Notes: generated from the letters alone by a model not told the origin. Shown: positions 8,303 through 18,196, numbered from the stretch's first letter. The stretch is 64,000 bases of DNA from an uncultured Planctomycetota bacterium (GCA_963841915.1 CAWJEN010000005.1:672001-736000), one strand, 5' to 3'. Translations and numbers: made by a program.

Positions 8303-9676
8303 ATGACACCGACCCGCCGCCAGTTTCTGCAGACGTCTGTCACCGCCGCCTCTGCCGTGACGGCTTTGGGTGCGGCCAGCCGCGCCACCAAGCCCGCGAC
8401 GGTCGACGGTCAGAAGCGGCCCAACGTGCTGTGGCTCATCAGCGAAGACATGGGTCAGCAGCTTGGCTGCTACGGCTTTCCCATTCGCACGCCCAATGTC
8501 GACCGGCTCGCCCGCGAGGGCACGCAGTTTCAGCGGGCGTTCTGCAGCTCGCCGATCTGCTCGCCCAGCCGGTCGGCCTTCACGACCGGCATGTACGCCA
8601 CGACCATCGGTGCCCACAACCACCGCACCGCACCCGAGGACAAACAACCCTTGCCCGAGGGCGTGAAGATCGCCCCCGAGTGGTTCAAGCAGGCCGGTTA
8701 CCACACCTGCATCCCCGGCTCGACCAAGACCGACTGGAACTTCGTCCACGCAGGCGACACGGGCAACAAGGCCGGGCCCGACGGCGCGTACGACAGCCTC
8801 GACTGGTCCGACCGAAAGCCGGGGCAGCCGTTCTTTGCCATGCTCAACTTCGGCGAGCCGCATCGCTACGTGTGGGGCGGCTGGGACGACCTGGCCTTTC
8901 ACCACGACCCCGACACCGTGCCCGTTCCGCCGATCTACCCGGACCTGCCGATCATGCGGCAGAACGTGGCAAAGTACATGGACTTCATCGTCGAGATGGA
9001 TCGCAAGCTCGGCCTGGTCCTGGACCGCCTCGAGGCCGAGGGCGAGCTCGACAACACCATCATCTTCTACTTCGGCGACAACGGCCGCACCATTTATCGC
9101 GGTAAGCAGTGGCTCTACGACGAAGGCCTCAGCGTGCCGCTCATCGCAAGGCACCCCGACTGGTTCGCGCCGGGCTCAATCAACGACGACCTGGTGTCGC
9201 TGATCGATGTGCTGCCGACGTCGTTGTCGTTGATCGGCCAGCGCGTGCCCGAGGCGATGCAAGGCCGCGTGCTCGTCGGCGACGACAGGACCGAGCCGGC
9301 GGACTATGTGTTCGCCAGCCGCGACACGAGCGACACGATTCCCGACCTGATCCGCAGCGTGCGGGACAAGCGGTACAAGTACATCCGCAACGACCGACCG
9401 GAGCTGGCCTACCCCGGTTCGCCTTACGTCAAGGCCAAGCACCCCGAATGGACGGAGGCCTATGACGCCTACGTCTCAGGCCGTCTGACCGAAGCTCAGT
9501 CGGCCTACTTCGCCGACGCCAAGCCACCCGTGGAGCTCTACGACATCCAGGCCGACCCGTACGAGGTCCACAACCTCGCCACCGACCCGGCCCACGCCCC
9601 CGTCGCCAAACGCCTCAAGGCGGCACTGGAGACATGGATCAAAGAGTCCGGCGACGTCGTGCTGGCAGGCAAGTAG
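8303..9676 (+). CDS. Tat-exported sulfatase (S1 family)
   Basis: TRRQFL Tat motif; RPNVLW; CSPSR formylglycine motif; GDNG; ELYDIQADPYE. Confidence 0.93.
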   Translation: MTPTRRQFLQTSVTAASAVTALGAASRATKPATVDGQKRPNVLWLISEDMGQQLGCYGFPIRTPNVDRLAREGTQFQRAFCSSPICSPSRSAFTTGMYATTIGAHNHRTAPEDKQPLPEGVKIAPEWFKQAGYHTCIPGSTKTDWNFVHAGDTGNKAGPDGAYDSLDWSDRKPGQPFFAMLNFGEPHRYVWGGWDDLAFHHDPDTVPVPPIYPDLPIMRQNVAKYMDFIVEMDRKLGLVLDRLEAEGELDNTIIFYFGDNGRTIYRGKQWLYDEGLSVPLIARHPDWFAPGSINDDLVSLIDVLPTSLSLIGQRVPEAMQGRVLVGDDRTEPADYVFASRDTSDTIPDLIRSVRDKRYKYIRNDRPELAYPGSPYVKAKHPEWTEAYDAYVSGRLTEAQSAYFADAKPPVELYDIQADPYEVHNLATDPAHAPVAKRLKAALETWIKESGDVVLAGK

Positions 9677-9705
9677 TGGGCCTCGAGCCGCGTGAAGGTG
9701 GCGAC

Positions 9706-9748
9706 CGATGCGGGTGGGCTCCTCGATGCGGGTGGGCTCACGGTGGGC
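9706..9748 (+). repeat. Short tandem duplication
   Basis: CGATGCGGGTGGGCTC at 9706 and 9724, partial third copy at 9741. Confidence 0.75.
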
Positions 9749-9869
9749 AAGGCAGATAACGCATTTGGATGTCCGCTTCAAAGTCACGCCACACGTCGAT
9801 CGGCACGACGGCTGCTTTGCGGTGGCCGTCGGCGTCGGCGAGGTCACGGATGTCGTCAAGGTTCAGCGT
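9738..9869 (-). pseudogene. Possible antitoxin-like gene remnant
   Basis: Frame (ACG)LNLDDIRDLADADGHRKAAVVPIDVWRDFEADIQMRYL; GAGG 5 nt upstream of an ACG codon. Confidence 0.4.
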
Positions 9870-9908
9870 CTCTGCCTCACGATAACGCAGCGATCCGTAC
9901 CCCGCGGC

Positions 9909-11840
9909 TCAGTGCCCCAGCCCCGCGGCCGTGGCCGCTTCGTGCCCGACGGTGGGCAGGTGCGGGTCTTCGGGCTCGCGGATCGAGTCGATCATCGCCT
10001 TGACCTTGTCGCTCGGGGCCGGGAACAGGGGCATCAGGGCCAGCGTGACGGCGAAGTTGACGAGCATGCCGATCGTGCCGATGCCCTGGGCGTCGATGCC
10101 CAGCAGCCACTTCGTTCGCAGCACGCTGTCGGCGGCGAAGAGCGTCTCGGACAGGCCGTCACCGAGGATGGCGTTGGACTTCTGCGTGATGATGTAGGCC
10201 ATCGTGAACGTCAGCCCGACCACCATGCCGGCCACGGCGGGGACGGTGCCCAGGCGCTTGGTGAAGATGCCCAGCACGATCGCCGGGAAGAAGCTTGCCG
10301 CCGCCAACCCAAAGGCCAGGGCCACCACTTCACCCGCAAATCCGGGCGGACTGACGCCGAAGTAACCGGCAATGACGACCGCAAACGCGATGGCGATGCG
10401 GCCGACGAGCAGCCGCTGTTTCTCGCTGGCGTCGGGCGCAACGACGCGGAAGTAGAAGTCGTGGGCGACGCTGGAGCTGATGACGAGCAGCAGGCCGCTG
10501 GCGGTCGACAAGGCCGCCGCCAATCCACCGGCGGCGACAAAGGCGACGATCCAGTCGGCCAGATTCGCCATCTCGGGCGTGGCCAGCACAATGATGTCGT
10601 TGTCCGGCTGGGGCTTTCCGCCCATGTCCGTCAGCGTCGCGTGGGCATCGGGCGTGGCAGCGGCCCACGCGGTCGGATCGGCTTGGATGGCTTCGCGTTG
10701 GGTGCGGTCGACGCCGCTGAGGTTCCAGACTTCGTTGGGCGTGACGCCGTCGACGATTTCGCCGGTGCGGTTGGCGGTGTAGCTGACGGTGCCGTTGCCG
10801 TCGAGGTCGACCCAGTCGATGAGGCCGCTGGTCCGCCAGTTCTGGAACCAGTCGGGCAGCGTTTCGTTCGTGCGCTCGTTCAGCCCGGCGACCGGATCGA
10901 TCATGTAGTACCGCGCAAAGGCACCGACGGCAGGCGCGGTCATGTAGAGCAGGCTGATGAAGCCCAGCGCGTAGAACGCACTCCACCTTGCGGCGCGGAC
11001 GTTCTTGACCGTGTAGAAGCGGACGATCACGTGCGGCAGCCCCGCGGTGCCGAACATAAGGGCGGCCGTCACGCACAGGACGTTGAGCTTGTTGAAGCCG
11101 ATCGCGCCGGGTTCGGTATAGCTGCCGAAGCCGAACGCTTCGTTGAGATTGCTGAGCTTTTCAAGGAGATACGGCCGCATCGGGTCGACGGCCTCGGTGA
11201 CCTGCGAGCCCAAACCGATCGACGGAATGGGCGTGCCGGTGAGCTTGATGCTGATGGCGATGGCCGGGACGAGGAAGGCGGTAATGAGGACCCAGTACTG
11301 GGCGACCTGCGTCCAGGTGATGCCCTTCATGCCACCGAGCACGCTGTAGACGAAGACGATCACCATGCCGATGACGACACCGACGGTGAGGTCGACATCG
11401 AGGAATCGGCTGAAGACGACGCCGACGCCCTTCATCTGGCCGACGACGTAGGTGAAGCTGACGAACAACGCGCAGACGACTGCGACGAGTCGTGCGGTGG
11501 TCGATTCATACCGGTCACCGATGAAGTCGGGCACGGTGTAGCTGCCGAACTTGCGAAGATACGGCGCAAGAAGCAGTGCGAGCAGGACGTACCCGCCGGT
11601 CCAACCCATGAGGTAGACACCACCGGCGTAGCCGAGGGTGCTGATGAGGCCCGCCATGCCGATGAAGCTGGCGGCGCTCATCCAGTCGGCGGCGGTGGCC
11701 ATGCCGTTGGCGACGGCCGGCACGCCCTGGCCTGCGACGTAGAAGCCCTTGGTGTCTCGCACGCGGGCGAGCCAGGCGATGAACAGGTAGAGCGAGAAGG
11801 TCCCGCCGACGAAAATCCAGGTCCAGACGGCGGTGGTCAC
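9909..11840 (-). CDS. Sodium:solute symporter, ActP (cation/acetate permease)-like large subunit
   Basis: NGMATAADWMSAASF, GTAGLPHVIVRFYTV, AAALSTASGLLL; many TM helices. Confidence 0.92.
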   Translation of the reverse strand: MTTAVWTWIFVGGTFSLYLFIAWLARVRDTKGFYVAGQGVPAVANGMATAADWMSAASFIGMAGLISTLGYAGGVYLMGWTGGYVLLALLLAPYLRKFGSYTVPDFIGDRYESTTARLVAVVCALFVSFTYVVGQMKGVGVVFSRFLDVDLTVGVVIGMVIVFVYSVLGGMKGITWTQVAQYWVLITAFLVPAIAISIKLTGTPIPSIGLGSQVTEAVDPMRPYLLEKLSNLNEAFGFGSYTEPGAIGFNKLNVLCVTAALMFGTAGLPHVIVRFYTVKNVRAARWSAFYALGFISLLYMTAPAVGAFARYYMIDPVAGLNERTNETLPDWFQNWRTSGLIDWVDLDGNGTVSYTANRTGEIVDGVTPNEVWNLSGVDRTQREAIQADPTAWAAATPDAHATLTDMGGKPQPDNDIIVLATPEMANLADWIVAFVAAGGLAAALSTASGLLLVISSSVAHDFYFRVVAPDASEKQRLLVGRIAIAFAVVIAGYFGVSPPGFAGEVVALAFGLAAASFFPAIVLGIFTKRLGTVPAVAGMVVGLTFTMAYIITQKSNAILGDGLSETLFAADSVLRTKWLLGIDAQGIGTIGMLVNFAVTLALMPLFPAPSDKVKAMIDSIREPEDPHLPTVGHEAATAAGLGH

Positions 11841-12127
11841 TTCGTCACCTCCCCGAGTTCACGGCGGAATTTGCGTTCGAGCGCGCCCATGGCCAGCGCG
11901 TAGACGAGGATGAGGGCGACGAAGACGAGGATGCTGCCCTGCTGGGCCATCCAGAATCCGAAGGGCACGCCGCCAAGGCTGAAGCGATTGAGCGCGTCAG
12001 CGAACAGGATGCCTCCACCGATGCCCGCCAAGGCCCAGATGGCCAGCAGGACGCCGGTCAGGGCGAGCGTTCGCCTCCAATAGCGGTCAATGGCCTCTTG
12101 CCGGGCGGAGCTGGTGGTGTTGGTCAT
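11837..12127 (-). CDS. DUF4212-type symporter small subunit
   Basis: YWRRT..., GFWMAQQGSI motif; 4-nt overlap with the symporter; RBS GAGGAGG. Confidence 0.88.
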   Translation of the reverse strand: MTNTTSSARQEAIDRYWRRTLALTGVLLAIWALAGIGGGILFADALNRFSLGGVPFGFWMAQQGSILVFVALILVYALAMGALERKFRRELGEVTK

Positions 12128-12369
12128 GGGTTCCTCCTCGAAAGCTGCAGAGACTACAGCACACAGGGCCATCGCCACAAACCGACCGCCCCGCCGAGTC
12201 GCCTGACGAGGCCACTGCGTTGTCCCTCCGCCTGGGTCACCACAACAACCGACTCGCGTACAGGCCGCTAACGCATTCGAACCCTTGGACTGGTGATAAT
12301 CCTCTATAATTAGTGCAAACCACTGGCTTGGGCGTGCCGTTCGTCGCTGCAAGCCAGGCCCGAATTGGG

Positions 12370-12398
12370 TTGACACAGAAGTTCCTGATCGTTACAAC
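12370..12398 (+). promoter_or_regulatory. Sigma70-type promoter
   Basis: TTGACA-N17-TACAAC upstream of the 12471 gene. Confidence 0.65.
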
Positions 12399-12470
12399 CC
12401 CACCTGGTGCCGGCGAGGAGGTCGGCACCGCCCCCATCCCATCTGGCCGTTCATCGGCCCAGGAGTAGCC

Positions 12471-15400
12471 ATGAAGTTGTTCCCCACGACGCGCCTCGCA
12501 CGCGTTCGGCAGGCTGTCGACTCCGTTGTTCTCGTCGACCCGCTCGAGCCTCGTCGCCTGCTGGCCGGTTGGCAGGCGTTTCACCCCGGTAGCGGCGGGC
12601 AAATGCAGGACCTGGAGCTCGACCCCAACAACCCGGGCGTCGCCTACTCGCTCAGCGACGTCAGCGGGCTGACCAAAACGACCAACTACGGCGACACCTG
12701 GGTCAGCCTTCCGGCGGTCAACACGAACAGCCTGCTCGGCATGGAGGTCGACCCGCACGACTCCGACCACCTCATACTCGGCACGATGCGAGGCGTCATC
12801 GAGTCGTTCGACGGCGGCGTCAGCTGGGACGACCTGGCCGGCACCACGCAGGAGTTCGGTCGCGAGTCGACGACGCTCCGCACCGGCCTGCCCGTTGCCA
12901 CCATCGAGTTCGACGACACCAACTCGGGACGTGCTTACTTTGCCAACAGCTGGCTCATCAAAAACTCGCTCAACGTCTGGAACGAGTTCGACTTCAAGAA
13001 CGACAAAATCGTCAACGGCGTTCGTGACGAAAGCAGCGACATCCGCCACCCCGGTGTCATCTACCGACGCGACCCGGCGCTGGGCGGTGACAAGTGGCAG
13101 CAGGTCACCTTCGAGCCGAACACGGCCAACGAGTACATGAACGTGTACTCGATCGTCTCAAACCCCGATCGGCCGCAACAAGTGTTCGTCGCCGCCCACA
13201 CCGGCATCTACCGAAGCGACAACTACGGCCAAAGCTGGCAGAAACTGCCAGGGCCGACCGATCTGGGCCAGATCGACCGTTACGCCAGCGGCATCGAAGT
13301 CAGCCCCGACGGCCAGCGGCTTTACGCAACGTACAAGCTGCAGAACGGGTTTTACGGCGACCTCGTCAACCGCGACGCCGACAGCAAGCCCGACGGCCCG
13401 TCGGTCGCGTTTTACGTGGCCGAGAACATCACCAACGGCAACAACGCCGGCAACACAACGTGGACCAAGGCAAGCAAAGACCTGTCGATCGGCCTCAGCA
13501 CCGACGGCGGTGCGTACAGCGCGCTCTACTGGAATCCCATCGTCGATCCCGACACAACCGACGGCGTCGACAAGGTCCTGCTCGGCTCGCTGGGCGGCAG
13601 CCCGGGACTGTGGCAGGCGGACTTCGACACCGGCGTGCCTGTCAACACCACACTGGCCGACAACTCCGAGTGGAACCGCATTCTGTTCAGCAGCAACCGC
13701 AGCGGCATCAACGGCGTCGACGACCTGTCGTTCCAGTACGACATGGGCTGGGACAAGGTCAACATCGGCTCCCGCATCTACACCTTCACGCCCGACAACT
13801 GGCAGCAGGCCAACGCCAACAAAGCCGGTGATCTTTGGGTGCAAGCGGGCCAACGCATCTTCGTCGGTGACACCACGCCCGGCGACGAAACGGCGTCGCG
13901 GCCTTGGCCTTACACGCCGGACAGCTGGGTGCCGCGCTACACGCAGCGGTACGACGACCCGAACGATCCCAACGACGCCGGCGGCTTTGAGACGTACGGC
14001 ACGACGGGCATTCAGTCGACCGTCAACTTCGAGTCGGCCGGTTACCAGAATTACATCGTGCAGGTCAAGGCTGACAACGGCCTCATCGAAAGCTTCGACA
14101 GCGGCCAGAGCTGGACGAGCCAGCACCGCCCGGCGCTGGTGGGCAACGTCGGCACGAACGGAAAGGCGGTGCAGATTTTCAGCAACACCGGCGCAACGCC
14201 CATCGTGCTGGCCGCAAGCGGTGGCGGCTTCGGCTCCAACGCGTACAACTTCCGGCTCCACGCGATGGAGCTCAACACGCTGACCTACGCCGACACCTGG
14301 ATCGATGGCGTCAGCACAGGACGCGGGCTCAACGAACGCAACGTCATCCGCGACATCACTCCGGCGGCTGACGGGCTGGGCTTCTACATCATCAGCGAAG
14401 CCAGCAACGCCAACACCAACAACAATCTCCCGTACGCACCGGGCGGCATTTTCTACTTCGCCGACGTGCGTCAGCTGCTGAATCCCAACAGCTCGATGCA
14501 GTTCCAGCGCTTACCGATGGCCGCCGGCGAGTTCGATCGACAAGGCTCGCGGATCGAGATCGACCCCAACGACCCGAACCGCCTCTTCGTCTACGGAAAA
14601 GACAACGAGGGCGGCAACCAGACCGGCGGGCCCGGCAACCTCTACGTCTACGAACGCTCCAACGGCGTCTGGTCGAGCACCAACATCGACTCGCAGCTCG
14701 ACGACATCACCGCCTGGGCCGACGGCAGTCAGACGTACGTCGCCTACTCCAAGGCCAGCACGTCGGGCGGCAGCGTGACCAGCGCAAGCCTGTTCCTCTC
14801 CGCCGATGCCGGTGACAACTTCACCGAAATCGTCACGCTCGATGCCACCAATACCAATCCCGCGTTCGAACTCGTACTCGGCTACGACTTCGGCCGCACG
14901 ATCACCGGTCTTGTCGGGTACAACGACAGCCTCTTCTACGGCACCGATCTGGCGGCGCACCGCAAAGGCCTGACGATGAACCGGGCCGACATCAGCGGCA
15001 CCGCCGGCTCCCCGACCGTTAACGTGGTCGACGTCACAACGGTCGACGGCGACACCCACCCCGACCCGCGGATGCGACGAGCCGGTGTGATCGACGTCAA
15101 CGGCGTGCCCTACATCGCAACCGACACCAGCGGCAGCGGACTCTGGGTCGCACCCGTCGCAGCACTGCTGGGCAACGGTGGTGGTGGCGGTGGGGGTAAC
15201 GGGCAGCAGCCGTTCGGCGGAACGCCCCGCTCCATCAGCAACGGCAGCGTCATCGAGGCAGAGGACTTCGATCAGGGCGGACAGGACGTCGCCTGGAACG
15301 ACACCAGCGTCGGCAACGGTCCCGGTGGGTATCGCAGTGGCGTTGATGTCGACGTCGTCTCCCGATCCAAGGCCAGCAACGGATTTGTCATCGGCCAGAC

Positions 15401-16469
15401 CAAACCGGGCGAATGGACCGAATACACCGTCGACAGCGACGGCGGCGCGTTCGACATCAGCCTCAGCTACGCCGCCAAGGAAGCGACCACCAGCGATGTG
15501 CTCCTGGAGTTCAACGGCAACGTCGTCGGCACCTTCAGCAACCTGCCCAGCACCGGCGGCTGGAACAACTTCAACATCGCCAACCTCACCGCAACACTGC
15601 CGGCCGGTAGCGGTGTGCTGCGGATGACAAGCCTCGGCGACCAGGTGCACCTCGACTCGCTGTCGTTCCTCGGCGGCACCGTTCGCAACGTGCCGGCACC
15701 CGACCACCGCTGGCGGTTCGATGGAGACCTCGACGACTCCGAAGGCTCGGCCGACGGGTCGGCCGTCGGGACGCTCTCGTACTCCGGCGTCGCCGCCACC
15801 GGCTCGCAGTCGCTCGTCCTCGACGGCGGCAGCGAGTTCGTCGCCGTCGACGACAGCGACCTCGAAGACAGTTTCACCTCCTACACGCTGGCCGTCTGGT
15901 ACCGCCTCGACGCCCTCAACAACACGCAGATCCTCTACGAAGAGGGCGGCGGTGACGACGGCATCGACCTGCGTATCTCCAGCGGCGTGCTACGGGCGAC
16001 CGTCTCGGCAGGTGGTGCACGCTTCGGCCGAACCGCGCCCACCGGTCTCGGCACGAGCCTCAATACCTGGCACCTGGCGGTCGTGACCTACGACGGCAGC
16101 GACGCCGGCAGGCTCACGCTCTACGTCGACGGCTCGACCAGCTACGCCCAGCGGGCGACGAACCTTGCGTCCATTCCCGCTCACAGCGACCCGGCCGGCA
16201 TCGGCGGACGCAACGGACTTGGCCTCTACAACGGCACGAGCAGCGGCGACGGCCTCGACGGCCGCATCGATGACGTGCAGGTCTGGAACAACCGCGTCCT
16301 GACCGCTACCGAGATCCAGGCGATCTATGACGAACTCGGCACCGCCGCCGCCACGGCCACAGGCAACGGCGGCTTCAACCTCGTCCGCCAGTTTGCCACC
16401 CCAGACGCCACCCGCAGCCTGTTCTCCGATGACTTCATCGACGAGGAGCAAGTTCTGTCGCTGGTTTAA
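12471..16469 (+). CDS. Large secreted protein: LEPRRLL leader, BNR/Asp-box beta-propeller, CBM6-like domain, LamG domain
   Basis: DPLEPRRLLA; SFDGGVSW/SDNYGQSW/SFDSGQSW; IEAEDFDQGG..GEWTEYTV; WHLAVVTYD..GRIDDVQVWN; RBS AGGAG. Confidence 0.85.
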   Translation: MKLFPTTRLARVRQAVDSVVLVDPLEPRRLLAGWQAFHPGSGGQMQDLELDPNNPGVAYSLSDVSGLTKTTNYGDTWVSLPAVNTNSLLGMEVDPHDSDHLILGTMRGVIESFDGGVSWDDLAGTTQEFGRESTTLRTGLPVATIEFDDTNSGRAYFANSWLIKNSLNVWNEFDFKNDKIVNGVRDESSDIRHPGVIYRRDPALGGDKWQQVTFEPNTANEYMNVYSIVSNPDRPQQVFVAAHTGIYRSDNYGQSWQKLPGPTDLGQIDRYASGIEVSPDGQRLYATYKLQNGFYGDLVNRDADSKPDGPSVAFYVAENITNGNNAGNTTWTKASKDLSIGLSTDGGAYSALYWNPIVDPDTTDGVDKVLLGSLGGSPGLWQADFDTGVPVNTTLADNSEWNRILFSSNRSGINGVDDLSFQYDMGWDKVNIGSRIYTFTPDNWQQANANKAGDLWVQAGQRIFVGDTTPGDETASRPWPYTPDSWVPRYTQRYDDPNDPNDAGGFETYGTTGIQSTVNFESAGYQNYIVQVKADNGLIESFDSGQSWTSQHRPALVGNVGTNGKAVQIFSNTGATPIVLAASGGGFGSNAYNFRLHAMELNTLTYADTWIDGVSTGRGLNERNVIRDITPAADGLGFYIISEASNANTNNNLPYAPGGIFYFADVRQLLNPNSSMQFQRLPMAAGEFDRQGSRIEIDPNDPNRLFVYGKDNEGGNQTGGPGNLYVYERSNGVWSSTNIDSQLDDITAWADGSQTYVAYSKASTSGGSVTSASLFLSADAGDNFTEIVTLDATNTNPAFELVLGYDFGRTITGLVGYNDSLFYGTDLAAHRKGLTMNRADISGTAGSPTVNVVDVTTVDGDTHPDPRMRRAGVIDVNGVPYIATDTSGSGLWVAPVAALLGNGGGGGGGNGQQPFGGTPRSISNGSVIEAEDFDQGGQDVAWNDTSVGNGPGGYRSGVDVDVVSRSKASNGFVIGQTKPGEWTEYTVDSDGGAFDISLSYAAKEATTSDVLLEFNGNVVGTFSNLPSTGGWNNFNIANLTATLPAGSGVLRMTSLGDQVHLDSLSFLGGTVRNVPAPDHRWRFDGDLDDSEGSADGSAVGTLSYSGVAATGSQSLVLDGGSEFVAVDDSDLEDSFTSYTLAVWYRLDALNNTQILYEEGGGDDGIDLRISSGVLRATVSAGGARFGRTAPTGLGTSLNTWHLAVVTYDGSDAGRLTLYVDGSTSYAQRATNLASIPAHSDPAGIGGRNGLGLYNGTSSGDGLDGRIDDVQVWNNRVLTATEIQAIYDELGTAAATATGNGGFNLVRQFATPDATRSLFSDDFIDEEQVLSLV

Positions 16470-16490
16470 ACTTCATCCTCGACCTCAAGG

Positions 16491-16519
16491 GCGGGGCCGC
16501 TTCGGCGGCCTCGCTTTTT
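16491..16519 (+). terminator. Rho-independent terminator
   Basis: GCGGGGCCGC-TTCG-GCGGCCTCGC-TTTTT. Confidence 0.88.
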
Positions 16520-16628
16520 CAATGGTGAAGCATGCGTGACACACCTGTGCAAGGACTATCTGTCACACACTTCCCGCTCCTGCGAAAAGCTATAGACACG
16601 TATAGTTCTCGCGTCCAGAAGGGACATC

Positions 16629-17132
16629 ATGAACCACTCGAAGACCTCCGTCGCGAACCGCTTGATCTCGACCTGGTTCCGTTGGTTCGATCCACTCGAT
16701 GCGGCCATCAGTGGCCTGCTCGACCGCTACGGCATTCGTCTGCTGCGGTGGGCATTGGCGTTCATCTTTATCGCGTTCGGCATCCTCAAACCGCTGGGCG
16801 TCAGCCCGGCAGAAGGGTTGCTGCGGGCGACGATCGATTGGGTGCCGTTCGTCACGACCGGCTTCATGTTGCACGCGATCGGCTGGTGGGAAGTGCTCAT
16901 CGGCGTCTGCTTCTTGTGGAGGCCGACGATCCGTGTTGCGATTCTCTTGCTGGCGATGCAGATGGTCGGCACGTTCATGCCGCTCGTGCTCGTGCCGTCG
17001 GCGACGTGGCAGAAGGACGTGTGGGCCCCGACGCTGGAGGGGCAGTACATCTTCAAGAACCTGCTCATCATCGCCGCCGCCATGGTCGTCGGCGGAACCG
17101 TGCGACACCGCGACGACACGCGGCGGCTGTAA
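16629..17132 (+). CDS. DoxX-family membrane protein
   Basis: LLRWALAFIFIAFGILK..SPA, PTLEGQYIFKNL; 4 TM segments. Confidence 0.8.
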   Translation: MNHSKTSVANRLISTWFRWFDPLDAAISGLLDRYGIRLLRWALAFIFIAFGILKPLGVSPAEGLLRATIDWVPFVTTGFMLHAIGWWEVLIGVCFLWRPTIRVAILLLAMQMVGTFMPLVLVPSATWQKDVWAPTLEGQYIFKNLLIIAAAMVVGGTVRHRDDTRRL

Positions 17133-17203
17133 GTCAGTCGGCCATCGCGCATCGGCCGACGGCTGAAGCGGCACGTTTGCTTCGAATTCGGTACGCTGCG
17201 GCG

Positions 17204-18196
17204 ATGCCGATACGCCTCGCGATCGTCGTCAGCCTGTTCATCGCCACTGCCGTCCTGGCGCAATCCGGTACGGGACCGGCCGCAGCCGTCAAGGATCGTC
17301 AGACGCGAGAGGTGTACGACGTCCGGCACCTCGTCGGTGGCGACTTCGAATCCGCCGACGACGTGGCTAGGGACGTCAGAACTCACGTCGACAAATACGG
17401 GTGGCGGATCTTTGGCGGAACAAACGGCGTGATCAGCGTTTTCAACGACCGACTCGCTGTCACCGCGCCAAAGTCGACGCAGCGGATGGTCAACGACTTC
17501 CTGAAGTTGCTCGCTGCCCGGCCGACTCGCCCGGCCGAACGTCGACCCGAGCCGGTCGAAGCGGTCGTGTTTCCTGCTCCGGTGCACGATGACATGACGC
17601 TCGGTGAGCTTGTTACGATCATAGACGCCATTCCCGATGCAGCTGTTGACGTCAACTGGGAGGAGCTCAAGATGGTCGGCGTCAGCGAGACGAGCGAAAT
17701 CCGCGTGCACTGTGATGTCGACACGCCGGTGCTGGACGTTCTAACGCGAGTGATGCCGGAAGCTGTTGAAGACGCATGGGTTCAGGTGTTGTCAGAGGGC
17801 GATCGCATTCGTGTGACGACAATCGACGACCCGACGCTGCCTCAGGCTTCGGTGGTGTACGACATCGACGGCCTGGTGAAGTCGTTGGAGGCGGCGAAGC
17901 CGACACAGCAGAACGGCAATGGCGGCGCTCAAGGCGGTGGAGGTGGTTACGGTGGCGGTGGCTTTGGTGGCGGTGGCGGTGGCGGCGGTTTGGGTGGCGA
18001 TCAACTCTCCCCCGCTGATGAAATCGCAGCCGTTGTGCGTGAGTCCGTCATACCTCATGCTCTGGGCGACAGCCTCGGCGGACTGATTGAAATTTCGCCG
18101 CTGACAACCAAGCTCGTTGTCACTGCGCCGGATCACGTCCAGAAGGACGTCTCCGATCTGCTCGCCAAGTTGGCGTCATCGATGGCCAAGCCGTGA
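17204..18196 (+). CDS. Secreted protein with secretin-N-like repeats and Gly-rich loop
   Basis: Signal peptide; repeated VYDV/I..L and LxVTAP...Q..V..LL motifs; poly-Gly at about 17920-17998. Confidence 0.6.
   Translation: MPIRLAIVVSLFIATAVLAQSGTGPAAAVKDRQTREVYDVRHLVGGDFESADDVARDVRTHVDKYGWRIFGGTNGVISVFNDRLAVTAPKSTQRMVNDFLKLLAARPTRPAERRPEPVEAVVFPAPVHDDMTLGELVTIIDAIPDAAVDVNWEELKMVGVSETSEIRVHCDVDTPVLDVLTRVMPEAVEDAWVQVLSEGDRIRVTTIDDPTLPQASVVYDIDGLVKSLEAAKPTQQNGNGGAQGGGGGYGGGGFGGGGGGGGLGGDQLSPADEIAAVVRESVIPHALGDSLGGLIEISPLTTKLVVTAPDHVQKDVSDLLAKLASSMAKP

Noticed and set aside
9738..9911. Stop-codon readthrough from the symporter into the in-frame antitoxin-like peptide
   Set aside because: The shared frame has a 1-in-3 chance; no recoding signal seen; a separate decayed gene is simpler.
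9708..11903. 731-aa plus-strand ORF
   Set aside because: Antisense shadow of the ActP-like symporter; typical high-GC artefact with no motifs.
16532..17203. N-terminal extension of the 554-aa ORF
   Set aside because: Overlaps the DoxX gene; the signal peptide and -10 box point to a start at 17204.
17920..17998. GGT/GGC tandem repeat as a DNA element
   Set aside because: It simply encodes a glycine-rich linker.
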